NCBI GenBank assembly: GCA_035509435.1
Contig: DATJLR010000002.1
Coordinates: 330,338-394,337 of the forward strand
DNA: 64,000 nucleotides
Reading direction: 5' to 3'
Source: Minisyncoccota bacterium
GTDB lineage: Bacteria; Patescibacteriota; Minisyncoccia; UBA6257; 2-01-FULL-56-20
The stretch's first letter is position 1, and each line of letters begins with the position of its first letter. Positions 27,755 through 37,309 of this stretch are shown in pieces. A program made the position numbers and the translations under genes. The notes below the pieces were generated by a model, which saw only the letters and a list, made by a program, of their open reading frames with translations, was not told where the DNA came from and searched no databases.

Positions 27755-28828
27755 TTATGAATGATATTCGAAGATCGGATCAAGTCGCAGCGACCGATGC
27801 GGGAGCGCGCCGCCTTTTCCTATGCGAAACATGACAATGATCGTCTCGCCATCCGTCCCGAACTCCTTTGAGAGCGTTCCGTACGCCTGTTCGATGCCGT
27901 GAACCTGATTTACGGAAAAATCCGCCGCTTCGTTGCCCGCGATCCGCTGATGAAAGAAGGAGATCGCGGTCAGCAACTGGATGTCGTATCCCCGGGCTGT
28001 GGCTGCCAGCCATGTCCGTTCCATGAGCCGGCCGCCTTCGATGAAATCACGCGGGGAATTTCCCTTTGTGACGACCGCCCCCAGCGCGGAGGAATGTTCA
28101 TAGAGGGCGGCATTCTCTTTTGCGGCCATGGCCGACAGGCCTATTGTGGCAAAAAATCTGCGCATGGATTCCTTCTTGAGGAGTTTGAAGGTGAATTCTT
28201 GAGGTGGTTTCAATGCCAGCTCTTTGACATAAAAGCCGCTTTTCGTGTTCAATGCGTCGTTCAATGTCCAATAGATATGCTTGAAGAGAAAATCATGTAC
28301 CGCCCGATTTTCAAACAGGAGCCGATCGCCGTAGCTTAGGGCGCCCGCGATCATCCGTTTTTTTTCCGCATCACTGACAAAGATCAGCCGCGCCGGGATG
28401 GCGGTTTCGGCCGCCGATCCGGCGATACCGCTTTTTTCCTCTTCCTCTAGAATGTGCCCCGCTGCGTACGCGGTCCGGTTGCTTGCGCGAAGAGATATGC
28501 TTTCATACAAGCCATCCTTTTTGATGCTCGCATCTTGCGCAAATTTGAGCGCTGCCGTGCAGTCCGTTTCCGCAGGGAGCGGAAATAGCGTTACATCGAC
28601 CCGATAGCCGAGCACAGAAGCGGCGATAATGACATTTTCGATCGCCGCGCCGTGGGACACGAAAGATCCGAATTGATTGAAATTGTACGGTGACCGATCC
28701 CGGTCGGGAAGGTTGTATATAAAGAGCGTTTCATTCTTAAAAACAAACCGCCACGGTTGGCAGTTCTCTCCGGAAGGAGCCCGAACAGCCGCACCGACCA
28801 TCAGATCAAGATCTTCCTTTCTCATCAT
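27755..28828 (-). CDS. Tandem nitroreductase-fold flavoprotein (SagB/McbC-type dehydrogenase-like)
   Basis: N-terminal nitroreductase signature RAPSGENCQPWRFVF; length and second degenerate half match the two-lobed SagB/ThcOx architecture. Confidence 0.75.
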   Translation of the reverse strand: MMRKEDLDLMVGAAVRAPSGENCQPWRFVFKNETLFIYNLPDRDRSPYNFNQFGSFVSHGAAIENVIIAASVLGYRVDVTLFPLPAETDCTAALKFAQDASIKKDGLYESISLRASNRTAYAAGHILEEEEKSGIAGSAAETAIPARLIFVSDAEKKRMIAGALSYGDRLLFENRAVHDFLFKHIYWTLNDALNTKSGFYVKELALKPPQEFTFKLLKKESMRRFFATIGLSAMAAKENAALYEHSSALGAVVTKGNSPRDFIEGGRLMERTWLAATARGYDIQLLTAISFFHQRIAGNEAADFSVNQVHGIEQAYGTLSKEFGTDGETIIVMFRIGKGGALPHRSLRLDPIFEYHS

Positions 28829-28829
28829 T

Positions 28830-30041
28830 TTACAGGCCGAACATTTTTTTGAACGAATCGGCGATATTCTTTCGTTCCTGGACGGCCGCCGGCGAGTGAT
28901 AGTCCGGAATCAGCTGTTCGTCGAGTGAAACGAGCGCCCGGTCGCTTTCCAGGGGCTGGCCGTTGACGATCTTCCTGACACAATACGCCACGGCAGCGCC
29001 GTTGATCCATGCCGCGCCACCGAGCTGTGGCCAGGAGACGATCGTCTTCCCCATCTCAAGAAGGGACGCCTGCATGCGTGCCGTAATGTTCTCGGGGCCG
29101 ATATGTTTGGTGATCGTCTTCCCGATGCCAAACTTATCAAGCGACCGCAGCCCTTCATATGTCACATCCCCGAGCCGCCCGTGGAAGAACGCGAGATTCG
29201 GGTCCATGTCATATCGTTCCACATCGACCACCGCGTTATCGCCGTTATCCGCGGCCATGACGACCGGCAGCGAATATTTCCTGGCTTTTTCGCGGATGAG
29301 GTATTTGACGGCGATGGTATCAAGTTCATCGATGATCACATCCAACTTCTTCGATCCCGCCACGAACTGCTCAAGGTTTTCCGGCGTCAAGCCGTCGGGA
29401 AAAAGCTCGACGGTCGCGTAGGGATTGATCTCATATATCTGCCGCGCGGTCACCTCGACCTTGCGCACTCCCAGGTCCTGCACGCCCGCGCGAACCCGAT
29501 TGATGTTGGAAAGCGCCAGCCGGTCGAAGTCCGCAAGTTTGATATGCCTCCCTCCTCCCTGCAGAACGATCGCTAGGGCGACACTGTTGCCGACGCTCAA
29601 TCCACCGATCCCGATGACGGCATCATAGAATTTTTTTTGCTCATCGTCATTGATGAGGTTCCGGTTGCGGGCGGTGCGCACCTTTTGAAAATCCGCATCC
29701 TCAAGAATGTGCACGAGCGATGAAAGCCACGGATAAAAGACCCATCTGCCCTGCTGCCACAGCGGCGCCACTGCACGTGATCCGTCGATATGTTTTGCCA
29801 GCGCATCGGCGAACCCCGGCTGATATACCTGCGACGGGTTATTGACGGCAAAGAGCTCGCGGATCTGCTCTTCGTAGTCGTCCCCTACCGTGCTGATCCG
29901 GCCGTTTTGAAAAAGCGCCCCGACCGTTTCACGATCTGCCTGCTGTCCAAGGTCAAAAATAGCCGGCTCTGACGGTACCTCGCCCCCTTTCAATTTTTCC
30001 TCCAATGGAGATCCCATGCAATTTATTTTTTTACGACCCAC
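28830..30041 (-). CDS. E1-like ThiF/MoeB-family adenylyltransferase with ~130-aa N-terminal extension (MccB/PaaA/TOMM-C-like architecture); no CxxC zinc motifs
   Basis: Gly-rich nucleotide loop VIGIGGLSVGNSVALAIVLQGG and ATP-binding motif KLADFDRLALSNINR (cf. DxDxVExSNLNRQ). Confidence 0.8.
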   Translation of the reverse strand: MGRKKINCMGSPLEEKLKGGEVPSEPAIFDLGQQADRETVGALFQNGRISTVGDDYEEQIRELFAVNNPSQVYQPGFADALAKHIDGSRAVAPLWQQGRWVFYPWLSSLVHILEDADFQKVRTARNRNLINDDEQKKFYDAVIGIGGLSVGNSVALAIVLQGGGRHIKLADFDRLALSNINRVRAGVQDLGVRKVEVTARQIYEINPYATVELFPDGLTPENLEQFVAGSKKLDVIIDELDTIAVKYLIREKARKYSLPVVMAADNGDNAVVDVERYDMDPNLAFFHGRLGDVTYEGLRSLDKFGIGKTITKHIGPENITARMQASLLEMGKTIVSWPQLGGAAWINGAAVAYCVRKIVNGQPLESDRALVSLDEQLIPDYHSPAAVQERKNIADSFKKMFGL

Positions 30042-31516
30042 TTTTGCTTTATTCCCGGCTTGAAATAGACCGGATGCTCATATTCCCAAAAGACGATGCG
30101 CGGAGTGACCTTTCGCGGCATGGAATTATAATTGTTGTGGTATTCGGCATTGTGCTCCATAAGCGAACGCACAATGCTGCTTGATACCTGCCGTTTTAGC
30201 GTTGCGGTCTGCCTGACCCGCGGCCGCGTTTCGACGTTCACTTCAAGGTATTCGTCGTGGGAATCATCGAATTTCGTGGCCATGGTGAACCGCCCCGTGA
30301 CCGACCGCTGCAGTGAACGATGCTCCAATCCTTCTTTGATATGTTCGGGATAAATGATCGCGCCGTACAACTTGGTCGAAAAATCGCTCCTTTCAAAGAT
30401 ATAGACGAACGGAAGGTCGGAAAAGTCGGCTTTTATGGCACGCTCCTCTTTTTTTATGTCGATCGCATGGAGCGCAAGCGTCCTTCTTACCTGGTCGGCC
30501 GAAAAAACGCCGCCGTGGTCGCCGATCGCATATCGTATGAGCGGAATGGTGTTATCGCCGGTCAGGGCTATTTCTCCGTTGACTGCTTCGAAATTGATGA
30601 AGAGCGGGTTATATTGAGCAAGGGTCGGTGTCATTTCGATCTCCGAAAAAAGATCACTGAACAAGCGCGTGTCCGCGCTGGCGCGCTGGCGCGTAAAGAT
30701 GCTGAAAGGGCTTTCAAAGGCCATTGCCCCAAGGTCGGCGCTTCCATAGATGTTGAGTGTGTCGCGGCACAGGTCTTTTATTCCCGCCAATTCAGCCACA
30801 TGCCTCCGGAATGTCTCTGTAAACGCTTCCGCCGCAAAAAATAGCCTGAGATTCATTTTTTTTATATTGATACCGCGCGCAGCCGCCTCTTCGAGGACAT
30901 CCTTCACGAACGGAGGATATCCGATGAGAATGGTCTGTTTGAAGTGCGGCGCGAGCGATGTAAACGCGTTGAAGATCTCCTGCTTGTTGATGCCCGGCGT
31001 AAGTATTGAAATATGCTGTCCGAGCCGCTTGCCCGCGATCTCGAACGCCTTGTAAGTGATCAGTCCGCCGATCCAGACGCCCATGCCAAAACCGACGATC
31101 ACAAGAGTCGGACCGTCCCCGTAACTGCTATTTTGTAAGAACGTTTCCGCGATAACGGAATACTGCGCGTCGAGCGTTTCGGTACGGGGGAAATAAAACG
31201 GTTCCCCGGTGGAACCGGATGTGGATGTCCATACTGTCGCGCCGCTTTTGAACGTCCCGTTCCACAACAATCTTTCGAGCGGGTACTGGCGCAGGTAGTT
31301 CTTTTTATTGGTCAGCGGCACCTTTTGGAGGTTCGCGAAGGTCTTTATCGCCCCCGGCACGATACGGTTTTTTTTAAGGAAATCCTTGTATGCGGGTATC
31401 CCGCGCGCGGCGCGATGAAACAGCGCCAGCGTGCGGCGCTCCTGCTCTTTTTTCCAAAAAGCGGACCGTTTTATTTTAAGTATGTTCAATATCCGTCCGG
31501 CCTCTTTGTCATCCAT
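30023..31516 (-). CDS. Phenylacetate-CoA ligase / coenzyme F390 synthetase-like adenylate-forming enzyme (PaaK/CapK family)
   Basis: AMP-binding P-loop-like WTSTSGSTGEPFYFP and overall PaaK-like length (497 aa); overlaps the ThiF-like gene by 19 nt. Confidence 0.75.
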   Translation of the reverse strand: MDDKEAGRILNILKIKRSAFWKKEQERRTLALFHRAARGIPAYKDFLKKNRIVPGAIKTFANLQKVPLTNKKNYLRQYPLERLLWNGTFKSGATVWTSTSGSTGEPFYFPRTETLDAQYSVIAETFLQNSSYGDGPTLVIVGFGMGVWIGGLITYKAFEIAGKRLGQHISILTPGINKQEIFNAFTSLAPHFKQTILIGYPPFVKDVLEEAAARGINIKKMNLRLFFAAEAFTETFRRHVAELAGIKDLCRDTLNIYGSADLGAMAFESPFSIFTRQRASADTRLFSDLFSEIEMTPTLAQYNPLFINFEAVNGEIALTGDNTIPLIRYAIGDHGGVFSADQVRRTLALHAIDIKKEERAIKADFSDLPFVYIFERSDFSTKLYGAIIYPEHIKEGLEHRSLQRSVTGRFTMATKFDDSHDEYLEVNVETRPRVRQTATLKRQVSSSIVRSLMEHNAEYHNNYNSMPRKVTPRIVFWEYEHPVYFKPGIKQKWVVKK

Positions 31517-31532
31517 AATAGAAGTATATCAT

Positions 31533-32432
31533 TTAGCGTCGTACGGATGTGAGCCAGGAACGATAGCGACGCGCCGCTCCGTGCGTTGCCGACGCATAGG
31601 CTTCCTTGAGAGCGCCCGTGACCGGTCCCGTCCCGCCGGTTCCGATCCGGCGGCGTTCAATCTTCCCTATCGATGCCACCTCTACCGCAGTGCCGGAAAA
31701 GAACGCCTCGTCCGCGGCCATCAATTCTTTGACCGTGATGGGTTTCTGAACCGTCCGGATACCCATATCTTTTGCGATGGTCATAATGCTTTCCCGGGTG
31801 ATCCCCGGAAGGATAGAGGCGGAATCCGGAGTATATAAAATTTTATGTTTTATTAAAAAGATATTTTCCCCGGGACCTTCGGAAACATACCCCTTGGTGT
31901 CCAGGAGGACGCATTCATCGAATCCGCGCCGATGCGCTTCGATCGATGCGAGCACCGATGTGGCATAAAATCCGGATATTTTCGCCCCGGGGACGATGGA
32001 TCGCGGATCGAACCGCGCATAGTTTGAGATCCCGATGGAAAGCGGCGAATCTCCTCCAAGATATGCCCCCCAGGGCCATGCCGCGATGGCAACATGCAAC
32101 ACCGCATTTTTTACGGTAAGCCCCATTGATCCTTCTCCAAAAAATGCGATGGGGCGGATGTAGCACTCGCGCAGTTTATTTTTCAGAACCGCCTCCCGGA
32201 TCGCGTCTTTGATCTCTTTTTTCGTATACGGAAGCGCTACCCCGAATGCGCTAATGGACCGAAAGAACCGGTCGACATGTTCCGGCAGCCGGAAAACAGC
32301 GGATCCATTCGCGGTTTGATATGCGCGGATCCCTTCGAACACGCCGGTGCCGTAATGAAGCGCATGGCTTAAAATATTAGCAGTGGCCTTGCGCGAAGGC
32401 ACGAACTTTCCATCAAGCCAGATGACGCTCAT
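31533..32432 (-). CDS. ilvE: Branched-chain amino acid aminotransferase (PLP fold type IV)
   Basis: Near-collinear match to E. coli IlvE blocks (HALHYGTGVFEGIRAY, AYIRPIAFFGEGSMGL, AAWPWGAYLG, SEGPGENIFLIK, LPGITRESI). Confidence 0.85.
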   Translation of the reverse strand: MSVIWLDGKFVPSRKATANILSHALHYGTGVFEGIRAYQTANGSAVFRLPEHVDRFFRSISAFGVALPYTKKEIKDAIREAVLKNKLRECYIRPIAFFGEGSMGLTVKNAVLHVAIAAWPWGAYLGGDSPLSIGISNYARFDPRSIVPGAKISGFYATSVLASIEAHRRGFDECVLLDTKGYVSEGPGENIFLIKHKILYTPDSASILPGITRESIMTIAKDMGIRTVQKPITVKELMAADEAFFSGTAVEVASIGKIERRRIGTGGTGPVTGALKEAYASATHGAARRYRSWLTSVRR

Positions 32433-32441
32433 TGCGGTGAT

Positions 32442-32834
32442 CTATAATAACGCCTTCACTTTTTTATCCAATTTTTCCACATCATCCATCTTGCTGAATA
32501 CCGGGATCCCTTTCAGCTCTTCTTTCAGGTGTGCCCGGTCAGATCGCGCAATCTCCATCATGGGATCACGCAGGCTGCTAAAAAATGCGAACTTCACGTT
32601 CTGTAATTTTGGGTTCCGCTTCACGGCAAGCGCGAGCTCCCAACCGCTCGGTCCGGGTGGCATGAAAATATCGCTCAAAATAAGGTCCGGCTGCAGCTCC
32701 TCTGCCTTTGCAAGTGCTTCCGGAACGGTGTGCGCGATGACCGTCTCGCACCCTTCCGTCCGAAGCTTTACCGACGCGATCTCAAGAAATTCGTCCTCGT
32801 CATCGATAAGAAGGATTAATGGATGATCTCTCAT
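32442..32834 (-). CDS. Single-domain response regulator (REC only, CheY-like)
   Basis: ILLIDDEDEF acidic pocket, phospho-acceptor D in LILSDIFMP, conserved downstream S/T and K; no output domain. Confidence 0.85.
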   Translation of the reverse strand: MRDHPLILLIDDEDEFLEIASVKLRTEGCETVIAHTVPEALAKAEELQPDLILSDIFMPPGPSGWELALAVKRNPKLQNVKFAFFSSLRDPMMEIARSDRAHLKEELKGIPVFSKMDDVEKLDKKVKALL

Positions 32835-32890
32835 GGGTATGCATTAATCATACACTATCCCCGTATCGGCCACAGCTCCGCTGTGGATTC

Positions 32891-34699
32891 TTATCCGTTC
32901 CGCGCCTTCTTGCGATCGTTGTCGTTCAGATACTTTTTTCGGATGCGCACGTTTTGCGGCGTGATCTCAACGAGCTCGTCGTCGCTTATATAGTCGAGCG
33001 CGTCCTCAAGCCCCATGATCACCGGAACCTCAAGCTGGTCGGCCAGGCCTTCGTTTTTTGCGCGGAAATTGGTAAGCTCTTTTTCGCGTGCCACGTGGAC
33101 CAGGATATCGCCTTCTTTGGCGTTTTCCCCGACGACCATGCCTTCATAGACCGCGACGCCGGCGCTGATAAAGAGCGTTCCCCTGCCCTGTGCCGTCACG
33201 AGGCCGTAGTTGTTGGACATTCCATTCTGCGTCGCCACGATCGAACCATGCGGGATCGCGGTAATATCGCCTTTGTACGGCTCATAGCCAAGGAAGATCG
33301 TGTTCATGATCCCCGTCCCTTTCGTGGAGGTCAAAAACTTATTGCGGATGCCGATCAGGCCCCGGGTCGGGACGTCAAAGTCCATGAATGCGTTGCCTTT
33401 ATCGTCCACGCGCATGTTCTTCATGACGCCAAGCCGTTTGCCGAACATTTCGATCACTGTGCCGGAATACATTTCTGGAACCTCGATCGAAACAAGCTCG
33501 ATCGGTTCGGTGCGCGTGCCACCCTCTTCTTTAAAAATGACCTGCGGCTTTGAGACCTCGAGTTCAAACCCTTCGCGACGCATTTTTTCTATAAGGATGG
33601 CCAAGTGAAGCTCGCCGCGTCCGGCCACCACCCAGCGGTCGCTTGCCTCTGTCGGCGTTACCGCAAGGGCAACATCGGTCTCTAATTCTTTCTCCAGGCG
33701 ATCCTTGAGATTGCGCGAGGTCGTGAATTTTCCCTCCTTGCCGCGGAACGGCGAGGTGTTCACGGAGAACGTCATTTTGATGGTCGGCTCGTCGATATGG
33801 ATCGTGGGGAGCGCGACCGGATGGTCCGGATCCGTGATCGTTTCGCCGATAGAGACATCCGGAATTCCTGCAATGGCAACGATGTCCCCTGCCTCGGCCG
33901 CTTCCACTTCGGCTTTGCCAAGTCCGTCGAACAGCATCACCGACGTGAGCTGCGCCTTCTTTACCTCTCCTGAGCGATTGATGTGCGCGACATTCATGTT
34001 TTTGCGCAGCGTGCCGGAATACAGGCGCCCGATGGCGATCTTGCCTTTGTAATTGTCGTAGGCGAGGTTGACGGTCAACATCTGAAGCGTTTCGATCTCC
34101 CCTTTCTGCGGCGGGGGAAGATGTTTGATGATGGTTTCAAACACCGGAATGATGTCCGTCATCTTGGAAAGGTCATTTTCCATTCCGGCCTTGCCTTCGC
34201 GCGCGGCGGCATAGATGATCGGGAAATCGATCTGTTCCTCCGTCGCGTCGAGTTCGAAGAACAGGTCATAGGTTGCGTTCAGCGCCCATTCGGCGCGCGC
34301 GTCCGGCTTGTCGATCTTATTGATCACAACGACCACTTTATGGCCGGCCTGGATCGCTTTGCGCAAGACGAACTTTGTCTGCGGCATCGGGCCTTCTTTG
34401 GCATCCACAAGCAGCAGCACGCCATCCACCATGCGCATGATGCGCTCCACCTCGCCGCCGAAATCCGCGTGGCCAGGAGTATCTACGATGTTGATCTTCG
34501 TATCTTTATAGAGCACCGATGCGTTCTTGGAAAAGATCGTGATACCGCGCTCTCTTTCAAGTTCATTGGAATCCATGATGAGGTCGCCGTTCTCGGCGGT
34601 CTTTTGCTTGAAACTCGCGGACTGCTTCAATAAAGCATCGACGAGGGTCGTCTTGCCGTGGTCAACGTGAGCGATGATGGCGATATTGCGGAGGTCCAT
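32891..34699 (-). CDS. typA: Ribosome-associated translational GTPase TypA/BipA
   Basis: [17 protein letters not shown]1, DTPGHADF G3, NKID G4; overall length 602 aa. Confidence 0.9.
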   Translation of the reverse strand: MDLRNIAIIAHVDHGKTTLVDALLKQSASFKQKTAENGDLIMDSNELERERGITIFSKNASVLYKDTKINIVDTPGHADFGGEVERIMRMVDGVLLLVDAKEGPMPQTKFVLRKAIQAGHKVVVVINKIDKPDARAEWALNATYDLFFELDATEEQIDFPIIYAAAREGKAGMENDLSKMTDIIPVFETIIKHLPPPQKGEIETLQMLTVNLAYDNYKGKIAIGRLYSGTLRKNMNVAHINRSGEVKKAQLTSVMLFDGLGKAEVEAAEAGDIVAIAGIPDVSIGETITDPDHPVALPTIHIDEPTIKMTFSVNTSPFRGKEGKFTTSRNLKDRLEKELETDVALAVTPTEASDRWVVAGRGELHLAILIEKMRREGFELEVSKPQVIFKEEGGTRTEPIELVSIEVPEMYSGTVIEMFGKRLGVMKNMRVDDKGNAFMDFDVPTRGLIGIRNKFLTSTKGTGIMNTIFLGYEPYKGDITAIPHGSIVATQNGMSNNYGLVTAQGRGTLFISAGVAVYEGMVVGENAKEGDILVHVAREKELTNFRAKNEGLADQLEVPVIMGLEDALDYISDDELVEITPQNVRIRKKYLNDNDRKKARNG

Positions 34700-34829
34700 G
34701 AATGGTATTAAACAAACAGAAGCCGTGCCCTATGGCACGGTATTCGGCCTGATGGGAAGATTATAATGGAAATTTAAGGAAGTTGCAACCAAACGTTCAA
34801 TTTGTGCTATTATAACTGTAATAGATCCC

Positions 34830-35303
34830 ATGGAGCCGCTCGCGATAGACAAGCTGGCGCCGGATTTCACCCTTCCTGACCAGGACGGCCGGGAGCAGAC
34901 GCTGTCAAATTATCGGGGGCAATGGGTGCTTCTCTATTTTTATCCCAAGGACGACACGGCGGGATGCACAAAAGAAGCGTGTTCCATCCGCGACTCGTTC
35001 CCGAAATTCCAGAGCTTGAACATAAAAGTGTTCGGCGTGAGCATCGATCCGCCGGAAAGCCACCGGGCATTCATCAAAAAATATAAACTGCCGTTCGCTC
35101 TCCTTTCTGACGAGCACAAAAAAGTGGTAACGCGCTATGGTGTGTGGGGTGAAAAAAAATTCATGGGGCGCGAACACGAGGGCGTCAATCGGACATCATT
35201 TCTGATCGATCCGACGGGCACAATCGAAAGGATCTACGTCGACGTGCGGCCGGAAAAACACGCGGAAGAGGTGCTGCGGGATCTCAAACGTTTGGAGGGG
35301 TAA
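34830..35303 (+). CDS. bcp: Peroxiredoxin Bcp (thiol peroxidase)
   Basis: Catalytic PKDDTAGCTKEAC motif. Confidence 0.85.
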   Translation: MEPLAIDKLAPDFTLPDQDGREQTLSNYRGQWVLLYFYPKDDTAGCTKEACSIRDSFPKFQSLNIKVFGVSIDPPESHRAFIKKYKLPFALLSDEHKKVVTRYGVWGEKKFMGREHEGVNRTSFLIDPTGTIERIYVDVRPEKHAEEVLRDLKRLEG

Positions 35304-35346
35304 AAAATACCGACCCTGCGTCATGGCAGGGTCGAAATTATTTGCT

Positions 35347-35892
35347 TTACCGCGAAGCGAGCAGCTTCGTGGCCTGAGAGATCTCAAGGATGATCGCTCC
35401 CTGTTTTGAATCTACCGTGTGCGGAGTTATGCCCTGCAGATAACGGGGAACATCGGCTTGAACGATCGCCAACAACTGGATCGTCGTCGACTGGGACAAG
35501 GCGGCAGATGGTTCCATCCCCGATCGGCACAGGACATCGCGTTTCCGGCATATCCCCTTCATCGCTTTCCAGATATTCCGAACGTGCTTACGGAATTTTT
35601 TCCGATCCTTTCTTTCCAAGGACGAAATACCTTCGCCTGCTTCCTTCCGTATCCTTCCAAATGCGCGGAATTCCTGGATGGCGGGATCGTTCTCGATCTG
35701 TTGGCGATATGCGAGGAACTCGCGAGCTCCCCAATTCGCCCCGGAAAGACAGATCATCACATTCCCTTCTGCATTGATCGCATCTTTGCAGGGGTGTTCG
35801 GGTTGTGAAGGTTGTTGGGCAAACGTTGCCCCGGCGGTCAGGAACAAAACGCACGACAGGGTGCGGCGAACGATGTTTGGGCTGAAAAACAT
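35347..35892 (-). CDS. Hypothetical secreted protein (signal peptide, AQ-Q cleavage)
   Basis: Only coherent ORF in this interval; N-terminal signal peptide MFFSPNIVRRTLSCVLFLTAGATFAQQ; no family match. Confidence 0.4.
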   Translation of the reverse strand: MFFSPNIVRRTLSCVLFLTAGATFAQQPSQPEHPCKDAINAEGNVMICLSGANWGAREFLAYRQQIENDPAIQEFRAFGRIRKEAGEGISSLERKDRKKFRKHVRNIWKAMKGICRKRDVLCRSGMEPSAALSQSTTIQLLAIVQADVPRYLQGITPHTVDSKQGAIILEISQATKLLASR

Positions 35893-36093
35893 AATTCGTC
35901 TCCCGGGATCCGGAGTGTGAAACGCAGTTCTGCCTCCAGCGTATCATACCCTCGGCAACTTGCAAATATTTCGGGGTTATGGTTTATAATACAACCAGAA
36001 ACTTAAAAGATCCCTCTGCTCTTTGACAGCCTTATATTTATCCAAAAGGCCGTCATTATTGCACTAAAATCGATTAAATTAACTAAATTACCT

Positions 36094-37053
36094 ATGAAAC
36101 GATTACTGTATTTAGCAGTATTGGTAGTGGCAATAGGGAGCATTGGAGGGCATATGGGCGTGGCACACGCCCAAACCGCGACGATGACCCCGGCGGAGAC
36201 CGCCGCGCTTCAGCAACAGCTGGATGTCGCGAAGGCAACGCTCGCAAACCTTGAAATGCAGGCAGGTGCTGTTCCGCCGGCTGACGCGGGAACACCGAGC
36301 GTGATCCCTCCGTCGATCGCGGGAACGGGCGGCTCGTCCTCGGTCGCAACGACCGCGCCGGGCACATCCGCAACGGCATCCGCAGGACTTTCCTCAAGCC
36401 AGGTCAGTGAGTTCAGCCAGACGTTGAGCACTCTCGCGGCGACGCTTTCCCAGTTGAACACGTCGCTCGCATCGAACTCCACGCTTACCCCGTCACAGGA
36501 CGCGGCAGTGCAGACCACATTGAACGGCATGCAGGGAACGCTCGTCGCAATGGCAAATACGATTGCCACAGCGAATACGGGCTCTGCGGGCAGCGCATCA
36601 GCGGGAGCACCGGTAGCAGCCACACAGCCGACAACCGGATCGCCGGTTGCGGTAAATACCGCTCCGACGACCGCGCCAGGCACGGGTGCGACAGCGCCCA
36701 CCACGGCAACGACGCCAACCGTGGCCGCAGAGACCACGCCGACGTCACAGTCAGTGCCCCAGACCGCACAGGTATCATCCTTGTGGTCGTTCACGAAAGC
36801 GCACTGGCCGACGATCGTGATCATTCTGCTCGTCATCGCGATACTCGCGATCCTGTTCTGGCCGGAAAAAGAAGCAGTGAGGACCGTCTCTACGGGGACA
36901 TCGGGATCGGGAACGCCAAAATCGGCTCCGACCTCGACGGTAACAATGTCCCATCAGACCAACTCCGCTCCTTCCAAACCGGCGCAAAGCACGAGCGTTT
37001 CCTCGCCGGCAACTCCGGTGGCAAACGCAGTGGCAGCTCCATCACAAAAATAG
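36094..37053 (+). CDS. Ala/Thr/Ser-rich low-complexity surface protein with signal peptide and C-terminal TM anchor
   Basis: Signal peptide, ~230-aa A/T/S/P-rich region, C-terminal hydrophobic segment WPTIVIILLVIAILAILF. Confidence 0.6.
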   Translation: MKRLLYLAVLVVAIGSIGGHMGVAHAQTATMTPAETAALQQQLDVAKATLANLEMQAGAVPPADAGTPSVIPPSIAGTGGSSSVATTAPGTSATASAGLSSSQVSEFSQTLSTLAATLSQLNTSLASNSTLTPSQDAAVQTTLNGMQGTLVAMANTIATANTGSAGSASAGAPVAATQPTTGSPVAVNTAPTTAPGTGATAPTTATTPTVAAETTPTSQSVPQTAQVSSLWSFTKAHWPTIVIILLVIAILAILFWPEKEAVRTVSTGTSGSGTPKSAPTSTVTMSHQTNSAPSKPAQSTSVSSPATPVANAVAAPSQK

Positions 37054-37076
37054 TGGATCCATCTGGATCAGAAAAG

Positions 37077-37100
37077 ACCGTCCGAAAGGGCGGTTTTTTC
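37077..37100. terminator. Rho-independent terminator (ACCGUCC-GAAA-GGGCGGU plus U6), shared by convergent genes
   Basis: 7-bp stem, GNRA-like loop, T-run; sits between the + strand surface-protein gene and the - strand small ORF. Confidence 0.6.
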
Positions 37101-37101
37101 G

Positions 37102-37260
37102 TTACATGCCCGCGCACTTTTCAATGATGATCGGCGCATGATCGAATTGCCGGTTTGCGGTATAGCCAAGCGCGAAGCTGAGCGATGCCGCAAAGAACAG
37201 GATCGCACCGAATATAACTTCCCTCACATGGAGCGCAATATACTTTTTTATTTTTTTCAT
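37102..37260 (-). CDS. Unlisted small ORF: 52-aa membrane peptide (MKKIKKYIALHVREVIFGAILFFAASLSFALGYTANRQFDHAPIIIEKCAGM)
   Basis: ATG..TAA ORF below the 60-aa track cutoff, single TM helix; translation done by hand. Confidence 0.25.
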   Translation of the reverse strand: MKKIKKYIALHVREVIFGAILFFAASLSFALGYTANRQFDHAPIIIEKCAGM

Positions 37261-37309
37261 CAAACCACCCTACCACACCGCGATTAAAAGATCGTTAACC
37301 TGTTAAGCG

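Noticed and set aside
35406-35808. Plus-strand ORFs 35406..35777 and 35419..35808
   Set aside because: Arg-rich junk translations overlapping the more plausible minus-strand signal-peptide protein.
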